Shown here one piece after another: positions 18,293 to 27,981 of a stretch of DNA of 64,000 bases (position 1 is the stretch's first letter; each line of letters opens with the position of its first letter). The notes below the pieces were generated by a model. It was not told the DNA's origin. It ran no database searches and saw only the letters and a program-made list of their open reading frames with translations. Both the position numbers and the translations under genes were made by a program. Source of the DNA: a virus (Duplodnaviria; Caudoviricetes); IMG/VR virus record IMGVR_UViG_3300031784_000006, one strand, 5' to 3'.

Positions 18293-19087
18293 TTACATTC
18301 TTTCCCTCAAATAATTTTGACTTAAATAATAATTTTTCAAAGTATCTTTATCCTGTCTTCGAATCCACTGCCAAAGATCGTGATTATCATGATACTTTGG
18401 ATTGTGATAATGGGAATTGTGAGTTCTTTCATGTTCAAAGTGATAGATATAATCTAAAACTCTCTGTATTCTATACCCAAATAAACTAAAACGAAAATAA
18501 AATTCAGAATCTTCTTCGCCCCAAGATAAAAAATTTTCATTCCATAATCCACCGGATATTACTGCTTTTTTAGAATAAAACTGAGTCCACCCAATGCTAG
18601 ATGCTTGCAATTTGCGATTGTTAGTCAATTTAGAAATATCAAAAGATTTAGTAAAATCTTCATATAATTCTTGAGAATAATCAACCTGATATTGAAAAGC
18701 ACCGCAACCATATGGATATACAATATCTGCTTCATCATTACTAATTAAGTCATATGCAGCTTGATGACTCTCTTTAGAATAAACAACATCAATATCATGA
18801 CTACAAATTACATCAGTATCTGCATTAATAATTGAATCATTTAAAATTTTTGTTTTATGGAAAATTGGATCATCATTCTTTTCAAAAATATGAGTAAGAT
18901 TATTGATAGAAACAAGTTCCCTAATCTTGGGCAATGCTTGTTGAGAAAAGACAGACTCAGAATCTACTTCATTTACCAAGACAGTTGCATCTGGAAAATT
19001 GTGAAGTAAATACGAGACTGATGTAATTATATTTTTAAGCCTATCATTAGACTCAATTCTGGTAGGTAAAATATATGTTAGATTCAT
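18293..19087 (-). CDS. GT-A glycosyltransferase (GT2/GT7 C-terminal type)
   Basis: HDID DxD motif; NENFLSWGEED; HFEH. Confidence 0.75.
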   Translation of the reverse strand: MNLTYILPTRIESNDRLKNIITSVSYLLHNFPDATVLVNEVDSESVFSQQALPKIRELVSINNLTHIFEKNDDPIFHKTKILNDSIINADTDVICSHDIDVVYSKESHQAAYDLISNDEADIVYPYGCGAFQYQVDYSQELYEDFTKSFDISKLTNNRKLQASSIGWTQFYSKKAVISGGLWNENFLSWGEEDSEFYFRFSLFGYRIQRVLDYIYHFEHERTHNSHYHNPKYHDNHDLWQWIRRQDKDTLKNYYLSQNYLRERM

Positions 19088-19929
19088 TTTAATACTCTAT
19101 TTTGGTTATGATTTTCTCCAAGAAGAATATCTTGATGCCTTTCAAAAACGATTCTAGTATTCTTATGATGTGCTTTCAATAACCAAGATGCGGGATTTCT
19201 TCCATCTGGGCGAGTGCTTCCCCATGTATTATCAGACTCATAATCAATCCAATAAGCACCTACAACTTTACCAAGTTGTTTAAACGCTCTATAACATAAG
19301 TCTGCATCATCTTGGTCTTGAGGAGCAAACACTTCATCAAAATAATTTAATTTTATTAAATCTGCATGGTCCAACATTAAAGGACCACGACAGACATTAT
19401 TTCTTACAGCAAAAATATTTCTACTTAAACCTTCATCTCTGTTTGTATGAGATTCATATCCAAATATATCACTCCAACAATTATCAATTTGCAAATCATC
19501 TTCTTTATTCATTCTAATATGAATACTATTTTGGTTTATCCTATAATTAAATGCAGAACGAGAAGTGACACCAAAAACATCAATAAATTCTTCAAATGGT
19601 TTTTCAAGTCTCTTGTTCCATCCAGATTCTTTAACAATCATATCATCTTGAACGATGATTACTTTATCACCTTCACATTCTTTTAGTCCTGCATTATTAG
19701 CCTTGGTTTCAAAAACATCAGGAGTGCATACTGTTTTTGTTTTTATATTAGGATTTGAATCAACAAAATTTTGCCATATAGATTCAGACTCATCCGAGCA
19801 TCCATCAAGAACTACAACCAGTTCATAATTTTCTACAGTATTTTCTTTTATACCATTAAGAACATTTGGTAACAACCACCCTTTATTATGAACTGTCAAT
19901 ACTATACTATGCATCCACTTTCTCCCCAA
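19084..19929 (-). CDS. glycosyltransferase family 2
   Basis: IVLTVHN...VVLDGCSD; VQDD; DDADLC. Confidence 0.8.
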   Translation of the reverse strand: MGRKWMHSIVLTVHNKGWLLPNVLNGIKENTVENYELVVVLDGCSDESESIWQNFVDSNPNIKTKTVCTPDVFETKANNAGLKECEGDKVIIVQDDMIVKESGWNKRLEKPFEEFIDVFGVTSRSAFNYRINQNSIHIRMNKEDDLQIDNCWSDIFGYESHTNRDEGLSRNIFAVRNNVCRGPLMLDHADLIKLNYFDEVFAPQDQDDADLCYRAFKQLGKVVGAYWIDYESDNTWGSTRPDGRNPASWLLKAHHKNTRIVFERHQDILLGENHNQNRVLK

Positions 19930-21470
19930 TTGTAAACGCCATTAGAATACTCTACGCCATCTTTATGCTCTAAAACATTCCATTGAATGTAGTGTCTAAC
20001 ACCAGTATGACCCATAACACATGGAAGATTATATTTGAGTTGCAAATTTGTCACAATACTTTGGTCGTGTCTGTGGTCTACAAACCCATCGAAATTTTCC
20101 AATCCACACTGATTTGGAATATCAGTAACAACTCTTTCATCACGACAATACTCTAACCATTCATTTAGAAAATCAATATTTTTTTGCGTTTTTCTAAATG
20201 CTAAAAACCCATCCTCAAGTTGAATAGAATTCCAATACTTTTCTTCATCACAACCCATATAGTAAAAGCAGTCTCTTTTAGTAAACCACTTATTGACTCC
20301 AGTGTGATTTTGAGAGACAAAATATTGGTCATAGTCTTTCATATATTCGATTATACATTCTTTGATTCCTTTTAGAGGAATATCTCCACAATCCATGTAA
20401 GCGACAATATCACCATATTCAACATCATCTAAAGCCTTTAGAAGGATAAAAGGTTTCCAAAGAGCGTATCCAGATAATCTATCTTTATTCAATATAGATT
20501 TATTTTGAGTATAGAAGTCAGTAGTTTCCAACCACTCTCTAGTAAAGGTTCGAGTAAAATCAAAGATTTCGTTATCAGTGACGTGCTTAATCAAAAACTC
20601 CCTATGCTCTTGATAATTGGCATCAGAGTAATTAATATAGGTAATTTTTGATTGAGAATTCATTCTTTTAATATAGTAAGTCTGATTTTTATAATACTCA
20701 ACTATATCATCTCTTGACATAGTTTTAATTTTTTCCCATTCTGCATTATTGTTTTGCATATAGGGATTGGTAAAGTAAGAGTTTGAAGTTCTCTTATGCT
20801 CCAAATGATATACTTTATCATTTATCCTGGAAACTTTATAACCTAGGGTATTAAACCGATAAAACCTTTCTACATCTTCTGGAGCATATGAAACAAAGTT
20901 TTCATTTTCCAATCCACCTTCAATATATACTTTTCTATTGAAAAATTGACAAAAACCATACTTAGCATCATAGTTCCTAGATTTTGATTCTAGGATACTA
21001 AATTTAAAATCGTCATTCAAGAAATCAGAAACTAATTCATCGTCAGCAAATACTTGCTTCTGATACATTCCATCACCATAAGGATAAACTACATCAGAAC
21101 TTCCATCAAGAATCAAATTATAAGCACTCGCATAAGATTGAATTGGAAGAAGAATATCGCAATCATAGTTAACTACAATTTCTGTAGTTGATTCCATTAT
21201 CATGTCATTTAAAATTCTTTGACGATGAAATTCTGGAGACTGTGATTGTTCGAAGATGTGTTTTAAATCAGAGATATCTTCACAAAACTCTTCAATTTGG
21301 GGAAGAACTTGATCTAAAAATACCGAAGAAGAATCAACTTCCTTTACTACAATGTTCGTTTTAAAATTTGACAACAAAAAACAGAGTGAGGTGATTGCGT
21401 TCCTCACTCTATCATCAGTTTCAAGTCTGATTGGAATTATGAATGTAGATTTGGATAAATCAATTTTCAT
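19902..21470 (-). CDS. two-domain glycosyltransferase (GT2/GT7-like plus second GT-like domain)
   Basis: N-half paralogous to 18293-19087 (YDCD; ENENFVSYAPED); C-half LWKPF...YMDCG...HRHDQS. Confidence 0.75.
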   Translation of the reverse strand: MKIDLSKSTFIIPIRLETDDRVRNAITSLCFLLSNFKTNIVVKEVDSSSVFLDQVLPQIEEFCEDISDLKHIFEQSQSPEFHRQRILNDMIMESTTEIVVNYDCDILLPIQSYASAYNLILDGSSDVVYPYGDGMYQKQVFADDELVSDFLNDDFKFSILESKSRNYDAKYGFCQFFNRKVYIEGGLENENFVSYAPEDVERFYRFNTLGYKVSRINDKVYHLEHKRTSNSYFTNPYMQNNNAEWEKIKTMSRDDIVEYYKNQTYYIKRMNSQSKITYINYSDANYQEHREFLIKHVTDNEIFDFTRTFTREWLETTDFYTQNKSILNKDRLSGYALWKPFILLKALDDVEYGDIVAYMDCGDIPLKGIKECIIEYMKDYDQYFVSQNHTGVNKWFTKRDCFYYMGCDEEKYWNSIQLEDGFLAFRKTQKNIDFLNEWLEYCRDERVVTDIPNQCGLENFDGFVDHRHDQSIVTNLQLKYNLPCVMGHTGVRHYIQWNVLEHKDGVEYSNGVYNWGESGCIV

Positions 21471-22371
21471 CTATGCGAACCCATTTTTCAGGAATAATAT
21501 CTGAAGTATCATTGAAAGATAACTTAGGACCAAACCAATTAGTCGGTGCTACAACTGTTTTATCTTTGGACTTTTGAAGCCAAGCGCCCCACCAACCAAG
21601 ACTACTTGGAGATAGAATTGCGCCGTTACAGAGTGACATTAAACATAGGTCCGTGTATGGAACTAAAGAATTTCTATACTGTCCATCACCCTCCTGACAT
21701 TTATGAGAATATTTTTCTACACCATCGTTCATCAAGAATCTATCATCAGAGAAAAATTCTTGTTGACGACACCACTCAATGTCATCAGAGCAAACAAGAA
21801 CATTAACATTCGAATCAAAGTTCTCTAGTGCTCTATTATAATAATCAAAACTCAAAATAGGGTGATAGTCTTCTCTACCAACATTATCACCTCTTCGTAC
21901 ATGTAGAAAAATAACATCCCCTACAGATGAAATAAATTCTTGGCATGGATTTAAAATGTCATCAATAAATTCAAAATCTTCTCTAATTTCATCTTCAATA
22001 TGAAGAAAATACTTTTCAGTTTGTAGGAATCCATCAACGTTTGTATTGTCTGCAATGTTATTGAAAAGGTCTTCATCAAATGCAAAAGTGCTTTCTGTTA
22101 CATTTTTAGTATCAGGATTATTTTTACACAGACTCTCGAAACTATAACAATCATTGACTGTTACTCTTTCATTAATAAATCCAATATTATTTTCTCTCAA
22201 ATTTTTGAGTTTAAATGGATGATGGATTCCATAATTAGCAAGAGTCTGCTGTTCGTCTGGAGGAATACACCAATCAAATCCACGGTTAGCAGCTATTCCC
22301 CTAAGAGATGCATACTGAAAAAGTTGATTTCCAAATCGACCATTTGTTCCTAGTCTATCGTATCCAATCAT
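21460..22371 (-). CDS. GT11 alpha-1,2-fucosyltransferase-like (second copy)
   Basis: GRFGNQLFQYA; HVRRGD; SSLGWWGAWL. Confidence 0.9.
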   Translation of the reverse strand: MIGYDRLGTNGRFGNQLFQYASLRGIAANRGFDWCIPPDEQQTLANYGIHHPFKLKNLRENNIGFINERVTVNDCYSFESLCKNNPDTKNVTESTFAFDEDLFNNIADNTNVDGFLQTEKYFLHIEDEIREDFEFIDDILNPCQEFISSVGDVIFLHVRRGDNVGREDYHPILSFDYYNRALENFDSNVNVLVCSDDIEWCRQQEFFSDDRFLMNDGVEKYSHKCQEGDGQYRNSLVPYTDLCLMSLCNGAILSPSSLGWWGAWLQKSKDKTVVAPTNWFGPKLSFNDTSDIIPEKWVRIDEN

Positions 22372-23531
22372 AAATTTACAATAAAAATTGGTTCTGTAAT
22401 GTTATCGCTATTATCTACAAACTTAACTCTATCATCATATTTTTCATTTAAGTAATCATATACTTCATTAAAAATACGAGTATCATTGTGAATATAAACT
22501 CTATGTCCTCTATCTAGTAAATCAATACAAAGTCTATATTGTTGACTTTCTGTTAGAATATCTGTTCCTTTTTTATACGTAATATAATCAAAGTAAAATG
22601 GGTTTTTATTCTTGTTTATTTTGTCATAAAAATCACAGACAAATTTAGCATGTTGGTTATTAATCTCATCCGTGACTGTTCCCAAATTATACTCTAATCC
22701 AACATTTTTTGCAAACGTAGCAAATGCTCTGTTGTCCCTAGGAAGACAAGGACCACCATACCCTAAACCATAATTTAAGTATTTTCTACCAATTCGCGAG
22801 TCAGTTCCAACTGCAGAAAGAACTCCAATTACTTCATCACCACATCCTGACAGGTGAAGAACATCACCTAGCATGTTTGCATAACTGATTTTTGTAGTCA
22901 AATAACAATTAATTGCTATCTTTGTTATTTCTGCTGCTGTTGTAGACATGGTGCAAATGATTGCTCTTGAAGTTTGAATCTTTTGATACAAACTTCTAAT
23001 ATCTGAGATGATTTTTTCATCAGTATTATCCCAAGAATCAACTCCCAAAAGAACCATATCAGCATTGCGAAGGTCATTTACAATGGACCCCTGTGCTATG
23101 AATTCTGGATTGTAAAAAACTTTAATGTTATTTGGAAGTTGTTTTCTAAAATTATCACAATCACCAGGATTTACAGTACATCCAACTACAAAATATTTTC
23201 GACTGGTTATACTTTCTTCTTTGAAGTTTTCTACGATATTCCAAACAGATGAAATATCATAAGAACCATCCTCAAGAGAGGGTGTTGCAACTAAAGTATA
23301 AATTAGATCACACTCACGGATGACTTCTTTATTATCCGTGGTTGCTCTAAAATTTTTAGAAGACTTTAAAAGACTTTGAACCTCAGGTTCATTTGTTACT
23401 ATTTCTCTATTGTTAAGATTCTGAACATAATCTTCTCTAATGTCAGAGACAATAACATCGTATCCAGCTTGTTCGCAAAGAAGAGCAAAGCAAATTCCAA
23501 GTCTTCCCGCACCGATTACTCCAATTTTCAT
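22368..23531 (-). CDS. UDP-glucose/GDP-mannose 6-dehydrogenase family protein
   Basis: IGVIGAGRLG; YNPEFIAQG; GYGGPCLPRD. Confidence 0.9.
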   Translation of the reverse strand: MKIGVIGAGRLGICFALLCEQAGYDVIVSDIREDYVQNLNNREIVTNEPEVQSLLKSSKNFRATTDNKEVIRECDLIYTLVATPSLEDGSYDISSVWNIVENFKEESITSRKYFVVGCTVNPGDCDNFRKQLPNNIKVFYNPEFIAQGSIVNDLRNADMVLLGVDSWDNTDEKIISDIRSLYQKIQTSRAIICTMSTTAAEITKIAINCYLTTKISYANMLGDVLHLSGCGDEVIGVLSAVGTDSRIGRKYLNYGLGYGGPCLPRDNRAFATFAKNVGLEYNLGTVTDEINNQHAKFVCDFYDKINKNKNPFYFDYITYKKGTDILTESQQYRLCIDLLDRGHRVYIHNDTRIFNEVYDYLNEKYDDRVKFVDNSDNITEPIFIVNL

Positions 23532-24283
23532 AGTTTAAATGTAGGTATTGGTTCCATTTTATGTTTATTTTGGGCGTTGAATTTCTTAAGAATTTCTAGA
23601 GCAGGTCCAGTACCATACTCCATAGCTTCTTCTAGTTCTGCATAAGAAGCGCCAATTTGGTCTTCATCAGATCTACTATCCTCCCAAAGCCCGTCGGTTG
23701 GAGGAGCATCAATAATACGTTGGTCTACGCCAAGATATTTTCCCAGTTCCCATACTTCAGTCTTATAAAGATCTGCAATAGGGGCGATATCAACTCCACC
23801 GTCACCATATTTAGTATAAAATCCTACACCATAATCTTCAACTTTGTTTCCAGTACCAACAACAATACCACTTACAGAACCCGCAACTTGATATAGTGTA
23901 ACCATGCGAATACGAGACTTTGTATTCGCATTTGCCAATTGATTTGAAACAAACTGAGAATTAATTGATTCGAAAGAATTTACGAGTTGGTCATATGTAC
24001 TCGTTAAATCAATTCTAATCTTAGTAACATTATCATACTTATCTTCCAGTAAAGAACTATACTCATCAGACAAAGTATCATTCTTAGCACTAGAATGGAG
24101 TGGCATAGAAAGAACATAAGTTGGAAGACCGGTTTCTGCACAAAGAGTTGCTACAACAGCAGAATCAATTCCACCAGAAACTCCAACAACAAAAGACTTA
24201 ATAGTTGGATATTCTATGGCATAATCACCCAACCACTTAACAATATCAGTCTTTACCTTATTATAATCAGTAATTCTATTCAT
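23528..24283 (-). CDS. nadE: NH3-dependent NAD+ synthetase
   Basis: VGVSGGIDS; NTKSRIRM; GTGNKVE; GFYTKYGDG; PTDGLW. Confidence 0.93.
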   Translation of the reverse strand: MNRITDYNKVKTDIVKWLGDYAIEYPTIKSFVVGVSGGIDSAVVATLCAETGLPTYVLSMPLHSSAKNDTLSDEYSSLLEDKYDNVTKIRIDLTSTYDQLVNSFESINSQFVSNQLANANTKSRIRMVTLYQVAGSVSGIVVGTGNKVEDYGVGFYTKYGDGGVDIAPIADLYKTEVWELGKYLGVDQRIIDAPPTDGLWEDSRSDEDQIGASYAELEEAMEYGTGPALEILKKFNAQNKHKMEPIPTFKL

Positions 24284-25212
24284 GACTCATTGTAAATTTT
24301 ATTGATCGTTTTTAAGAAGTTTTCAATAACACTATAATATGTTCCTTTAGATTTTGCAAACAACTTTCCTTGTTTTTGTTTTTCTAAACGTGCTTCTTCA
24401 TTGTTTAGATAATACTCCACTTTTTTTTCCAAGTCAGTATAATCCGAAACATAAACTGCAACACCATCAGTTGCATCTACAGCCATTTCACAATCAGTTA
24501 AAACTACACAACCGTAAGCAATGCCCTCAAATACTCTTTCTGTAGGTAGACCATTTTTAATATTATCGTCGGAGTTAAACCCTAGACAAATTTTAGAACC
24601 TAGAAAAGCGTTTCGGATACGTTCAGATTCATCAAGAAATGGAGGCCAATAATGAATAAAGCAATTATATTTTTGTTCTAACTTACGAGACCATTCCTCC
24701 TTATAGTTGCATCCCGAAAATCCACAATCATACTCATCAGTTCTTTGGGATAGAATATAATCAATATCATTTGGATTAATACTGGCAGCAAAAGGAAGAG
24801 AAACATAATTTGGATGATTTACATATTCCCTGAAGTGCTCTCCAAAATATGAAAAATCAGGATCTCTATAATACTCTCCAGTAAAAATATACTTTTTGAA
24901 TGGAAAGTCTTTTTCTTTATAGTGATTATTCAATACATTATGGAAAGTCCAAAAAATCCAAGTAGTTTTTTGAAACTTATTTGCCAAATAATCAAAGTAG
25001 TCCATCCAATTAGAACTTCTTTGATCATAAAAGTTATCACACATCAAGAATATTTGATCTTCAGAATCTTCGATTTCTTCAAAGTTTTTTAAATCATATG
25101 CTTCAAGACCATATAAAGAAAAACCATTCACAAATTTCATACTCATCAAATAGTGAGTACCCTTTGTCGGATACTCACTTGTATTAACAAGGTATATTTT
25201 TTTCATTATCAA
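24280..25212 (-). CDS. CgeB-like GT-B glycosyltransferase
   Basis: SKICLGFN...TERVFEGIAYGCVVLTD. Confidence 0.7.
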   Translation of the reverse strand: MIMKKIYLVNTSEYPTKGTHYLMSMKFVNGFSLYGLEAYDLKNFEEIEDSEDQIFLMCDNFYDQRSSNWMDYFDYLANKFQKTTWIFWTFHNVLNNHYKEKDFPFKKYIFTGEYYRDPDFSYFGEHFREYVNHPNYVSLPFAASINPNDIDYILSQRTDEYDCGFSGCNYKEEWSRKLEQKYNCFIHYWPPFLDESERIRNAFLGSKICLGFNSDDNIKNGLPTERVFEGIAYGCVVLTDCEMAVDATDGVAVYVSDYTDLEKKVEYYLNNEEARLEKQKQGKLFAKSKGTYYSVIENFLKTINKIYNES

Positions 25213-26276
25213 GAAGAAGTTTTGGAGTCTTTTTTCAGAATTTGATTTTTAATCCAAGAATAAGTTTTAGCAATTCCATCTTCAAGTGCCTGAGAATAAT
25301 CCCATCCCAGTTTTTCACGAATCAAATCATTATTTGAATTACGTCCACGAACTCCAAGAGGGGCATCTAAAATATGTTCTTTACCTACCACTTTATCAGC
25401 AACTTTGGCAGCAGTATCAACAAGTTGATTGATAGTTACCATTTCTTCAGAACCAATATTAACTGGTCCCATAAAATCACTATCCATCAATCTGCGGGTT
25501 GCTTCAATGCATTCATCAATATACAAGAAGGAACGAGTTTGTAGGCCATCTCCCCACACTTCGATGGTTCCACCTTCCTCAGGAAGATAGGCAACTTTAC
25601 GGCAGATTGCTGCTGGCGCTTTTTCTCTACCTCCTTCCCAAGTTCCCTCTGGTCCAAAGATATTATGATACCTAGCAACCCGAACAGGGATCCTATAATT
25701 ACGATTATAAGCGAAAAACAACCGCTCTGAGAACAACTTCTCCCAACCATATTCAGAATCTGGATTTGCGGGGTATGCTGAATCTTCACGGCAATCTGGA
25801 TTATCTGGGTCTAATTGATTGTGTTCTGGATACATACAAGCAGAACTAGAGTAAAAAATCTTAGTTTTGTTTACTCCCTTAAAGTCATTCAACTGTCTCT
25901 GAGACTCAAGGACATTCAAATTAATACTTGCAGAATTATGCATAATGTCAGCATCATTCTCACCAGAAAAAACAAATCCTGCACCACCCATATCAGCAGC
26001 AAACTGATAGATTTCATCAAAAGTATCAATATATTGAGATGCTACAAAGTGATAGAAATTGCCGAGATATCCTTTAAACTGAAGCACTCTTTCCACAAAA
26101 TTAGCGTCTCTCAAATCCCCCTGAACAAACTCATTTGCCTCAGAAATTGAAAATTCAGGATATTTAAGATCTACACCACGGACCCAATACCCTTCTGCCC
26201 GCAGTCTTTTTACCATGTGGCTTCCAATAAAACCACCAGCACCAAGAACAAGTGCTGTTTTCTTATAGTCACTCAT
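25209..26276 (-). CDS. NAD-dependent epimerase, GDP-mannose 3,5-epimerase-like
   Basis: LGAGGFIGSH; QFAADMGGAGF; YSSSACMYP; YGWEK; EKAPAAICRK; LGVRGRNS. Confidence 0.88.
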   Translation of the reverse strand: MSDYKKTALVLGAGGFIGSHMVKRLRAEGYWVRGVDLKYPEFSISEANEFVQGDLRDANFVERVLQFKGYLGNFYHFVASQYIDTFDEIYQFAADMGGAGFVFSGENDADIMHNSASINLNVLESQRQLNDFKGVNKTKIFYSSSACMYPEHNQLDPDNPDCREDSAYPANPDSEYGWEKLFSERLFFAYNRNYRIPVRVARYHNIFGPEGTWEGGREKAPAAICRKVAYLPEEGGTIEVWGDGLQTRSFLYIDECIEATRRLMDSDFMGPVNIGSEEMVTINQLVDTAAKVADKVVGKEHILDAPLGVRGRNSNNDLIREKLGWDYSQALEDGIAKTYSWIKNQILKKDSKTSS

Positions 26277-26302
26277 AGATGAATAAATTACTCTTAGTAT
26301 AT

Positions 26303-26340
26303 ATTATATAAAAAAAGGTGGGTTTATGCAACCCACCTTC
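26303..26340 (-). terminator. terminator hairpin containing an embedded sigma70 promoter
   Basis: AAGGTGGGTT-GCATA-AACCCACCTT-TTTTT; TTGCAT-N17-TATAAT. Confidence 0.6.
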
Positions 26341-26342
26341 GC

Positions 26343-26414
26343 AATTCAGGCTCGCCACCAATTCTTTGACTGGAAATTGGAAACCAGGCGGGAGAGAGTC
26401 CCATCCGCACCACT
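26343..26414 (-). ncRNA. wcaG-like RNA motif
   Basis: GUGGUGCGGAUGGG...CCCGCCUGGUUUCCAAUUUCCAG...AAUUGGUGGCGAGCC upstream of a sugar epimerase; recognised from memory. Confidence 0.65.
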
Positions 26415-26464
26415 TGCTCTTGAGAGAAGCAAGAAACTCATAGGGGTCATTTTGACTCCACCAC

Positions 26465-26698
26465 TTAGTTTTGTGAAACTAAGAAAATTTGGGTTAACTT
26501 TGATATCTCGGTAATACCAAAGAATGCACATAAGAATAGTACATCCCAAAGTTTAAGTTTAATAGCAAAGGGTACTGTGAGTAATCCTCCAACAACCTTT
26601 ATCATTAAACCATATTTAAATTCTCCCCATAACATAGTTTGATAACCAATGATGAGGAGAATATTCCCAATCCACCGAAGCAAATCAGATTTAGACAT
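26465..26698 (-). CDS. small membrane hypothetical protein
   Basis: Multiple hydrophobic segments. Confidence 0.6.
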   Translation of the reverse strand: MSKSDLLRWIGNILLIIGYQTMLWGEFKYGLMIKVVGGLLTVPFAIKLKLWDVLFLCAFFGITEISKLTQIFLVSQN

Positions 26699-26746
26699 AA
26701 GGGGTTTTGCTCCCGACCAGTGCTGTTAAAGTCCATCCGTGACTAT

Positions 26747-26995
26747 TTACTCATCATCGTCTCTCACATAACAAGGGACCCTATCAGGGTCTAACCATTT
26801 CGCATATTCAATGTCTTCCATAGCAGTAGAACATTGTAGAACATTATCAAAAAGATAAATGTCATTCCAGCGTTTGGTGTATTCGTTTTGCTTTTGCATA
26901 CGATAATCAGGTTTACCGTTGATTTCAAGAATACCAACTTCTACAAATCGATATCCTTCACGTTCTAAAAGGACTTTAGGAAGTCGTGTTGTCAT
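26747..26995 (-). CDS. hypothetical protein
   Basis: ORF track; coupled. Confidence 0.65.
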   Translation of the reverse strand: MTTRLPKVLLEREGYRFVEVGILEINGKPDYRMQKQNEYTKRWNDIYLFDNVLQCSTAMEDIEYAKWLDPDRVPCYVRDDDE

Positions 26996-27207
26996 GCAAC
27001 CTCAACGGATTCAAGATCTGCAAGAACATATTCCATAAGCATTTCATAGTCATCAAGGGGATCACCAGAGAATACTACACCTTCATTCTCATAAAAACGA
27101 CGAACCTTTTTGTAGAGTTTCGGATTCTTTACATCAAGATAGAAATCGCCGTTTGCTGCACCACGAAGGGTTTGAACGTCTTTCTTGAATTTTGCTGTGA
27201 GAGTCAT
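26992..27207 (-). CDS. hypothetical protein (start MTLTAKF)
   Basis: TTGACT-N17-TATAAT promoter upstream. Confidence 0.65.
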   Translation of the reverse strand: MTLTAKFKKDVQTLRGAANGDFYLDVKNPKLYKKVRRFYENEGVVFSGDPLDDYEMLMEYVLADLESVEVA

Positions 27208-27283
27208 TGTTTTGAATGTTGACCTTAGTATTATAAGGGTTTGACTTGGAGAAGTCAAGGTGGACAGATTTGTTTCTGTCCTA

Positions 27284-27356
27284 TGCTCCTTGCGTGGATC
27301 GAACACGCCTCGGGCGAATTATGAGTTCGCTGCATTCACCAGATTGCTAAAGGAGC
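27284..27356 (-). tRNA. tRNA-CAU (Met or Ile2)
   Basis: Cloverleaf; GCGAA-CTCATAA-TTCGC. Confidence 0.88.
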
Positions 27357-27358
27357 GA

Positions 27359-27430
27359 TGGGAATACTGGGAGTTGAACCCAGACTAAGCCCTTATAAGG
27401 AGCCCGCTCTAACCATTAAGCTATACTCCC
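27359..27430 (-). tRNA. tRNA-Ile(UAU)
   Basis: Cloverleaf; loop CTTATAA. Confidence 0.85.
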
Positions 27431-27431
27431 G

Positions 27432-27506
27432 TGGTAGGACTGCTGAGACTTGAACTCAGTTCACACCGTTATAAGCAGTGGGCCTTAACCCATAGGCGAC
27501 AGTCCC
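27432..27506 (-). tRNA. tRNA-Ile(UAU), second unrelated copy, CCA encoded
   Basis: CACTG-CTTATAA-CGGTG. Confidence 0.88.
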
Positions 27507-27545
27507 ATAAGACCAGATCTATTGTAGAGGACCTGGAACTCTTCG

Positions 27546-27776
27546 TCAAGAACCTTCTTCGTGGTCGGTATGTATTCGTATTACATCAGCATCCACTTTA
27601 GATTCTACTGCAAACTTTATGGTTTCGTTATATGGAACTATCACTGCGTTTCTTTCTCCATCAGTAATAATAAATGATTCGCCATTTTCTACTCTTTCTA
27701 TTAGATTATCAAAATCTTCTTGAAACTCTTCGACTGTAAACTTTTGGAGATCTGAAAGTTCTGGATACATTTTCAT
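27546..27776 (-). CDS. Phd/YefM-like antitoxin-fold protein
   Basis: FTVEEFQEDFDNLIERVENGESFIITDGERNAVIVP resembles the Phd N-terminal pattern; start MKMYP. Confidence 0.5.
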   Translation of the reverse strand: MKMYPELSDLQKFTVEEFQEDFDNLIERVENGESFIITDGERNAVIVPYNETIKFAVESKVDADVIRIHTDHEEGS

Positions 27777-27793
27777 AAAGTGAAGTTTTATGA

Positions 27794-27868
27794 GTCGGAA
27801 TGACAGGATTCGAACCTGCGACATCTCGCTCCCAAAGCGAGTGCTCTACCAAACTGAGCTACATTCCG
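27794..27868 (-). tRNA. tRNA-Pro(UGG)
   Basis: CTCGC-TTTGGGA-GCGAG. Confidence 0.92.
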
Positions 27869-27981
27869 TTACTTGTTTTTGTGTATAAACATAATACCAG
27901 CAAATGGTATGATTGTCAACCCACATCCACATAAGAAAAGAAAGAAAGGACTTGCTGCTAGTGTCTCAACTAAGTGGAAAA

